Below are positions 58,087 to 64,000 of a stretch of DNA of 64,000 nt, piece by piece. Under the pieces are notes generated by a model. The model was given only the letters and a program-made list of their open reading frames with translations, was not told where the DNA came from and searched no databases. The stretch spans positions 64,001 to 128,000 of the forward strand of contig JAAFKA010000014.1 of assembly GCA_013299115.1 (NCBI GenBank), given 5' to 3'. The stretch's first letter is position 1. Each line of letters begins with the position of its first letter. The DNA comes from Cytophagales bacterium (GTDB taxonomy: Bacteria > Bacteroidota > Bacteroidia > Cytophagales > Thermoflexibacteraceae). Position numbers and translations under genes: made by a program.

Positions 58087-61000
58087 ATGCCCGATATTTT
58101 TATTTCTTACGGAAGAAAAGAGAGCAAAACCTTTGCCACCCGTCTGCACGACAGGCTGCTGGCAATGGGTTATGATGTATGGTTCGACCAAAACGACATT
58201 CCCTTAGCCGTAGATTTTCAGGAACAGATAGACGAGGGCATCCGCACCACGCCCAATTTTGTTTATATCATTTCGCCACACGCCATTATTTCGCCTTATT
58301 GTGCCAAAGAGTTGCAACTTGCCTACAAATATAGCAAAAGGATTATTCCTGTGATGCACGTGGACTCGGAGTACGACAGAATACCTGTGGTTATTCAAAA
58401 ACTGAATTGGATTTTGGCAAGGGAAAAAGCCGATTTTGCCCTACCACAAGCCGAATGGGAGGCAATAGACGACTTCGAAAAAGCCTTGCTGGGCTTGGTG
58501 GCTACGGTGGAAAGCCAAAAAGAATATGTTACCAAGCATACAGTTTTGTTGCAAAAAGCCTTAGAATGGGAGAAAAATAGAAAGCAAACAGCCTATTTGT
58601 TGGTGGGCGAAGAACGAAAAGATGCCGAAAAGTGGCTACTCACCAAAGATTTTTTCGATTATGTGCAAGACGATTTAGACAAGACCAAAACCAAAGAAGT
58701 GCGGGTTTTGCCACCTTGTCGTCCTTCGGATTTGCACGCTGAATTTGTGTGCGAAAGTCGCAAAAATGCCGAAAATTTGCTTTGCGATGTCTTTATTTCT
58801 CATGCTCAAACCGAAAAAGAATTACGCAATCAGATTGTGCGAACTTTGTCGCAATACAACATTACTTGTTGGAGTCCGCAAACCGACATCAAAACAGGGC
58901 AAGATTGGGACAAAAGTGTGGAGGAAAGCATAGAGCAAGCCGACAATTTTGTGTTTTTTATTACGCCTTACACTGTCAAAAACCAATTCTTTTTGCGGTG
59001 TTTGGCTCACGCCACTTTTTACCAAAAAAGAGTTATTCCTTTGTTGGTTTTGCCCACGCCTTTTGCCGATTTTCCAACAGAAATTAGCAAATTGACCTAC
59101 ATAGACATCACAGACAACCAAAGTACAGACGACTTGCGTGATGATTTGGATAGTTTATTGACCGAAGTAAACAAAGATTCTGTTTATTATTACCAACACA
59201 AGGTTTTGTTGGTGCAAGCCCTGAAATGGAAACGCCAAAACCAAAACCCAAGTATTTTGTTGCGAGGCTATAACTTGCAAACTGCCGAAGATTGGTTGAA
59301 ATTGGGCAACAAAAGAAACCAACACCGCCCACATGGTTTGCACGAGGAATATATCAATGAAAGCATAGCCAAAAGAGGGCAATTAGCCACCGAAGTTTTT
59401 ATTTCTTACTCACGCAACGATGGCGACCTTGCCCGCAAACTGAACAATGAATTGCAACTTTACGGCAAAACCACGTGGTTTGACCAAGAAAGTATAGTAG
59501 AAGGTGTAGATTTTGGCGATGAAATACGCAAAGGCATAGACAGTGCCGACAATTTTTTGTTTATCATTTCGCCCAAATCCATTGCCTCGCCTTATTGTGA
59601 TACGGAGGTGAGTCATGCAGTCAGGTCGGGCAAACGAATTATTACCGTATTGGCAGAGCCTTTGCCTGTTGCGGTGGCAGACGATTCTAACAAATTTCCT
59701 ATTTTGCACCCCGCTTTGGCAAGGGTGCAGTGGATTGACTTCAAAAAAAGTTTTTCTACGGGCATGGGGCAGCTGCTCCGCACCTTAGAAACCGACAGAG
59801 AATATGTGCAGCAGCATACCAAATGGGGCAAATCTGCAAACGAATGGTATGAAAAAGAAAAAAGTGCAGACTTGCTTTTGCGGGGCAACGAATATGCCTT
59901 AGCCGAAGCTTGGTTGAGCAAGGTGGCAGAGGCAGAGGAAAAAGGGCAAAAAAAACAACCTCACGTTACAGATTTACAGAAAGAGTACATAGCCGAAAGT
60001 CGCAAATTGATAGCAGCCGAAAGATTGGCAAAATTGCAAACCATTACCCGTTTGCGGTTCTTGTTAGGTATGGCAGCTTTGGGTTTATTGGTGGCGGTGG
60101 CAAGCACCATTTATGCTTTCAGGCAACGAAACGAAGCCCACAACAAAGCCGTTATTGCCGAAATCAATCAATTAGTTTCGTTGGCAAGACAAGTGCAAAA
60201 CGACAATCCTGCCTTAGCCTTGCGAATAGCCGAAAGAGCCTATAAAAAAGACTCTACGGCAAGTGTGCGGGGTGTGATACGTGATATTTTGAGTGATAAC
60301 ATTTTTTACCTCAACCTCGAAGGGCATGAAGGCAGTATTTTAAGCATTGCAGGTTCTCCCGATAGCAAACTCATAGCCACAGGTGGGCAAGACAATACGT
60401 TGCGACTTTGGAATCAATACGGCAAGGCTTTGCACACCCTCCAACTACACGAAAAACCTGTTACCAGCATAGAATTTGCCCACAATGGCAACTTTTTAGT
60501 TAGTGGTAGCGAAGATGGAACAGTGAAGTTTTGGGATACCGATGGCGTATTGTTTGGCAATATAGATTTGGGAGATGAGCAAAGAATATCCAATATCGAT
60601 GTTTCGCCCAACGATACGCAAATTTTGATTTGCACGCCTTTTGTGCAGGTGCAACCAGATACCATTAGGCTTTATAGTAGCAAAGGAGAATTGGTAAAAA
60701 ACATTGGCGGACACATCGGCGGCACGTGGAAAGCTATTTTTTCGCCTTCGGGCAAATATATTTTGACTTGTGGCTTGGCAGACAGCACCGCAAAGTTGCT
60801 CGACCACGAAGGCAATTTGTTGCGAACTATCAAAGGACACACAGGCATTGTGTTGGATATTGCTTTTTCGCCTGATGAAAATTATTTGGTTACAGCAGGG
60901 CAAGATTTTTTTGCAAAAGTATGGGACAGACGAAGTGGCAAAGAAATAAGCACCTTGCGAGGACACGCAGGCACTATTTTTTCGGTGGCTTTCTCTCCCG

Positions 61001-63054
61001 ATAACAAAAACATAGCCACGGCAAGTGCAGACAAAACTGCAAAAATCTGGAACTTAAAGGGAGAAGTCATCGAATCTTTTATGATTCACTCCAAAGTTGT
61101 TACTAGCCTTACTTTCTCCGCAAACGGCTACTACCTCTTTACAGCCAGCGAAGACGGCAAAGCTGCTTTGATAGATTTGAGAGGAAATGGCAAACAAACT
61201 TTCAAAGAAAATGGCGTAAACATAGAAGGAGCTTTGTTTTACCCAACGGCAAACGAAAGCTCTACCAAAGATTCTATTGGAAATTCTACTAAAAATATTG
61301 CCAATCAATCTACTTTTTTGGTTTCTTATTCGCCACTTTCAGGCTTGCATTGGTGGGATTCTACGGGCAAAGTTCACCAAAATCTCAATAACTTCGAAAC
61401 AGTTTCTTTGCTCAAATTGTCGCCTGATAAAAAAATGTTGCTCCTTTCCGATTTGCACAACCTTATCAAAATCACCGATTTGGAGGGGAAAATTATACAA
61501 AATTTGGAAATACCAGCCCAAGAAGCAAGTGCTATTAGTTCGGTAGTTTTTTCGCCTGATAGCAAATACGTGGCGGCGGCTAACTCCGAAAAAACCATAA
61601 GAATTTGGCAAACCAACGGCAAAGGGCTAAAATTCATACGTTTACAGGAAGACGATATGCTTTCTTGCATAGAATTTATGCCCGATGGCAAACATTTATT
61701 GATTGGAGGCTTAGACAATGTAATTCGGCTGATAGACCTCGATGGCAAGATAATTAAGCAATGGAAAGGACACGACGAAAGAATTTTATCTTTGGCAGTT
61801 TCGCCCAATGGTCGTTATTTTTTGAGTGGCAGCAGAGATGCTACGGTCAGGTTGTGGGCAGTCAATGGCGGTTTGGTCGAGTTGCTCAAAGGACACAGCA
61901 GCCCCATTACTTCGGTTGCTTTTTCCTCAAACGGCAAAAAAATATTGACAGCCTCAACGGACAACACCGCCCGAATTTGGGAGTTCAACGGACAGCAAAC
62001 TCAAGTTTTTAAGCATGATGACGTGGTAAATTCGGCTGTTTTTTCTCCCGATGACAAAACTGTTTTGACAGTGGCAAACAACGAGGCAAAACTTTGGTAT
62101 GCAGATTGGCGTGAGTTTTTGTCTGCCGACAGGGTAGCCAATTTTTCTTTGGCAGAATTAGCAAAAGCTGGGGTAGTGGTTGATTTTGAGGAGTTTAACG
62201 ACCAAGAAAATGCAAAAGATTTGGTGGACGCAGCCGAATATTACACAGGAGATTATGAAAGTAACGAAAAATTAGACGAAAAAATAAAGTCTAAACACGC
62301 CAAAACTTTGTTTCAAGAAGGATTGCGAATTTTGCTCGACACTGCCCAAACTAAAATAGAAGACCAAAATACGCAACTATTGAGCAGAGCCAAAATAGGT
62401 TTTGCAGAAGCCCAAGCCAAATTGGGTGAGCCTGTAAGTATGCAGCACTTCTTGAAGGCAAAAAATGCCGAAGAGGTTACGGCTTACATCAACTTTTTTG
62501 CCGTAAAACTCGAAAAAGCTACTTCCAAGCAAGACTCCGCCTTGCAAACCAACAACTTGAATGCAATGTATGAGGTGCTAATTAAAAAAACTGAAACCTC
62601 CGAAGACCTTTACAAATTTGCCCAGCAGTTTGAAAGACAGAGTGATGATGCCAACAACGCCGAAGCAGTGATGCGAAACGGAGAAATTGCGATTAAACTC
62701 TACGAAAAACTGTATGAAATGGACAAAGACGACAACACCCGACTCTCCGTAGCCAAACTCTGTACTTCGGTGGCGGGCTACAAACTCTTAGACAAAAACT
62801 TTATAGCAGCCCAGCAGTTTGCAGAAAGGGCTTTGACTTACGACAAAAGCAGGTTATTGGCTTACACTTATTTGGCTACTTCGTCCCTGTATTTGGGTCA
62901 ATTTGCAAGGGCAAAACAAATTTATTTGCAATACAAAGATACAACTTACAACGGTGCCTTGCTCAAAGAGGTTTTTCTAAACAGCATAGAGGCAATGACT
63001 GCCAAAGGTGTGGTTTTTTCAGATATAGAAAAGGCAAGGGAGTTGTTGAGGTAA
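58087..63054 (+). CDS. Multidomain protein: three tandem TIR domains, one TM helix, WD40 beta-propeller region (about 14 blades), C-terminal helical/TPR-like domain
   Basis: 1655 aa. TIR1 (DIFISYGRKES...SPYCAKEL). TIR2 (DVFISHAQTEKE...TPYTVKNQ). TIR3 (EVFISYSRNDGD...SPYCDTEV). TM LRFLLGMAALGLLVAVASTIYAF at about 60049-60120. Repeated GH/WD-like blades (LRLWN, VKFWD, AKVWD, AKIWN, IRIWQ, VRLWA, ARIWE). Confidence 0.8.
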   Translation: MPDIFISYGRKESKTFATRLHDRLLAMGYDVWFDQNDIPLAVDFQEQIDEGIRTTPNFVYIISPHAIISPYCAKELQLAYKYSKRIIPVMHVDSEYDRIPVVIQKLNWILAREKADFALPQAEWEAIDDFEKALLGLVATVESQKEYVTKHTVLLQKALEWEKNRKQTAYLLVGEERKDAEKWLLTKDFFDYVQDDLDKTKTKEVRVLPPCRPSDLHAEFVCESRKNAENLLCDVFISHAQTEKELRNQIVRTLSQYNITCWSPQTDIKTGQDWDKSVEESIEQADNFVFFITPYTVKNQFFLRCLAHATFYQKRVIPLLVLPTPFADFPTEISKLTYIDITDNQSTDDLRDDLDSLLTEVNKDSVYYYQHKVLLVQALKWKRQNQNPSILLRGYNLQTAEDWLKLGNKRNQHRPHGLHEEYINESIAKRGQLATEVFISYSRNDGDLARKLNNELQLYGKTTWFDQESIVEGVDFGDEIRKGIDSADNFLFIISPKSIASPYCDTEVSHAVRSGKRIITVLAEPLPVAVADDSNKFPILHPALARVQWIDFKKSFSTGMGQLLRTLETDREYVQQHTKWGKSANEWYEKEKSADLLLRGNEYALAEAWLSKVAEAEEKGQKKQPHVTDLQKEYIAESRKLIAAERLAKLQTITRLRFLLGMAALGLLVAVASTIYAFRQRNEAHNKAVIAEINQLVSLARQVQNDNPALALRIAERAYKKDSTASVRGVIRDILSDNIFYLNLEGHEGSILSIAGSPDSKLIATGGQDNTLRLWNQYGKALHTLQLHEKPVTSIEFAHNGNFLVSGSEDGTVKFWDTDGVLFGNIDLGDEQRISNIDVSPNDTQILICTPFVQVQPDTIRLYSSKGELVKNIGGHIGGTWKAIFSPSGKYILTCGLADSTAKLLDHEGNLLRTIKGHTGIVLDIAFSPDENYLVTAGQDFFAKVWDRRSGKEISTLRGHAGTIFSVAFSPDNKNIATASADKTAKIWNLKGEVIESFMIHSKVVTSLTFSANGYYLFTASEDGKAALIDLRGNGKQTFKENGVNIEGALFYPTANESSTKDSIGNSTKNIANQSTFLVSYSPLSGLHWWDSTGKVHQNLNNFETVSLLKLSPDKKMLLLSDLHNLIKITDLEGKIIQNLEIPAQEASAISSVVFSPDSKYVAAANSEKTIRIWQTNGKGLKFIRLQEDDMLSCIEFMPDGKHLLIGGLDNVIRLIDLDGKIIKQWKGHDERILSLAVSPNGRYFLSGSRDATVRLWAVNGGLVELLKGHSSPITSVAFSSNGKKILTASTDNTARIWEFNGQQTQVFKHDDVVNSAVFSPDDKTVLTVANNEAKLWYADWREFLSADRVANFSLAELAKAGVVVDFEEFNDQENAKDLVDAAEYYTGDYESNEKLDEKIKSKHAKTLFQEGLRILLDTAQTKIEDQNTQLLSRAKIGFAEAQAKLGEPVSMQHFLKAKNAEEVTAYINFFAVKLEKATSKQDSALQTNNLNAMYEVLIKKTETSEDLYKFAQQFERQSDDANNAEAVMRNGEIAIKLYEKLYEMDKDDNTRLSVAKLCTSVAGYKLLDKNFIAAQQFAERALTYDKSRLLAYTYLATSSLYLGQFARAKQIYLQYKDTTYNGALLKEVFLNSIEAMTAKGVVFSDIEKARELLR

Positions 63055-63125
63055 ATAGGTTATTAAACTGTTCGAGATTGTATATTAAATACAAGTATTT
63101 AAAATTAAACATTCAAAATTATCAC

Positions 63126-64000
63126 GTGCTTTTTTCAGAAATCTTAGGCTTAGACGACCTCAAAACTACGCTGGTGCAGGCGGTGCAAAACAACCACGTA
63201 GCCCACGCCCAACTTTTTTTGGGTAGAGAGGGCACTGGCAATTTGTCCCTTGCCTTAGCTTATGCCACATATCTGAATTGCCAAAATCCTACGGAAACAG
63301 ACTCTTGTGGAAAATGTCCCTCGTGTAGCCGAATAAAAAAGCAGATAGACCCCGATTTGCATTTTGTGTTCCCGACTGCCAACGTGAAACCTCCCAGCCA
63401 AAAAGGGAAAGGAAAAGGCAAAACAGAAGACGAGGAAGAGGAAAGTAGCAATAAAAGGTATTTGAGTGATGATTTTCTCCCTGAATGGCGTAGTTTTTTG
63501 GCTACCAACCCCTATGGCAACCTCAATGATTGGGGCAAATCTTTTGGTTTGGCAGAAAATAAACAGTCTATTATTCCCGTAGATGAAGGGCGTAAAATTA
63601 TTTCCAAACTCATGCTAAGTTCGTTTAGCGGCGGTTATAAAGTGTTGATTTTATGGTTGCCCGAACTGATGAACAGCAGTGCTGCCAATGCCATTTTGAA
63701 AATATTGGAAGAACCACCTGCAAAAACTATTTTTTTGTTGGTTTCAAACAATATCAACCTCATGTTGCCCACTATTTTATCTCGTACCCAAATTGTAGCC
63801 ATTCGGCAATTTACAGACCAAGAAATTGAAACTTATCTCAAACAAAAATATCCTGCCCTTACCCAACAGGTACTACTCGAAACTTCTCTCATTGCCGATG
63901 GCAATTTGGCGGAAGCACTTCGAAAAATAGAGCAAGGACAAGGCACACAGCAAGCATTTTTGGAAAAATGGTTGCGTGCCAGCTATACCATTTACAAAGA
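63126..64000 (+). CDS. holB: DNA polymerase III delta-prime subunit (partial, continues beyond the window)
   Basis: Not in the ORF track because it has no stop. The frame from GTG 63126 reads VLFSEILGLDDLKTTLVQAVQNNHVAHAQLFLGREGTGNLSLALAYATYLNCQNP...CGKCPSCSRI...ILEEPP, typical of HolB. Confidence 0.7.
   Translation, partial: MLFSEILGLDDLKTTLVQAVQNNHVAHAQLFLGREGTGNLSLALAYATYLNCQNPTETDSCGKCPSCSRIKKQIDPDLHFVFPTANVKPPSQKGKGKGKTEDEEEESSNKRYLSDDFLPEWRSFLATNPYGNLNDWGKSFGLAENKQSIIPVDEGRKIISKLMLSSFSGGYKVLILWLPELMNSSAANAILKILEEPPAKTIFLLVSNNINLMLPTILSRTQIVAIRQFTDQEIETYLKQKYPALTQQVLLETSLIADGNLAEALRKIEQGQGTQQAFLEKWLRASYTIYK

Noticed and set aside
1-64000. tRNA / rRNA genes
   Set aside because: No cloverleaf-compatible sequences with a GTTC(G/A)A T-loop context and no rRNA-like conserved blocks were recognised. 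Every sizeable non-coding stretch is explained by repeats or promoters.

Overview
This is a chromosomal window from a Bacteroidota-type genome, roughly 40% GC. The assignment rests on a T9SS SprA/Sov gene, T9SS C-terminal sorting domains, a TAnnTTTG-type promoter motif and an absence of Shine-Dalgarno sequences. Conserved housekeeping genes (glyQS, purE, ribH, gmk, sufE, yajC, recX, holB fragment, glycerol-3-P dehydrogenase, aminotransferase, hemolysin-III) alternate with accessory material. The accessory material is: (i) a translationally coupled hsdM-hsdS-ATPase-HNH operon, Type I RM M+S subunits with a Septu-like PtuA/PtuB pair and no hsdR in the window; (ii) a 1655-aa protein with three N-terminal TIR domains, one TM helix, a WD40 propeller region and a helical C-terminus; (iii) a standalone TerD-domain protein near His-rich zinc-ribbon and coiled-coil hypotheticals; (iv) a 1290-aa DUF285-repeat T9SS cargo protein and a PKD lipoprotein; (v) pseudogenes, namely a RhuM-family gene with an internal deletion and frameshift, and a PIN-domain toxin remnant. 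The window is also dense with short palindromic and MITE-like repeat families (A: TACGTTGGCAATGG...CCTTGACAATCGTA inverted-repeat elements; B: CGG(G)TTTTGAGAAACCG hairpins; C: TTATCCGACAC...GTGTCGGATAA hairpins; D: GCGGGCTAAAGTCCCGC hairpins; E/F: nested MITEs with AGAGTTTATGAATAA and ...TGTCCGAA termini). A 1.2-kb intergenic mosaic holds a 7-copy 52-bp tandem array. Two palindromic elements are inserted in-frame into a lone nuoL-like gene, replacing its conserved HHEQD motif. No tRNA, rRNA or CRISPR array was found.
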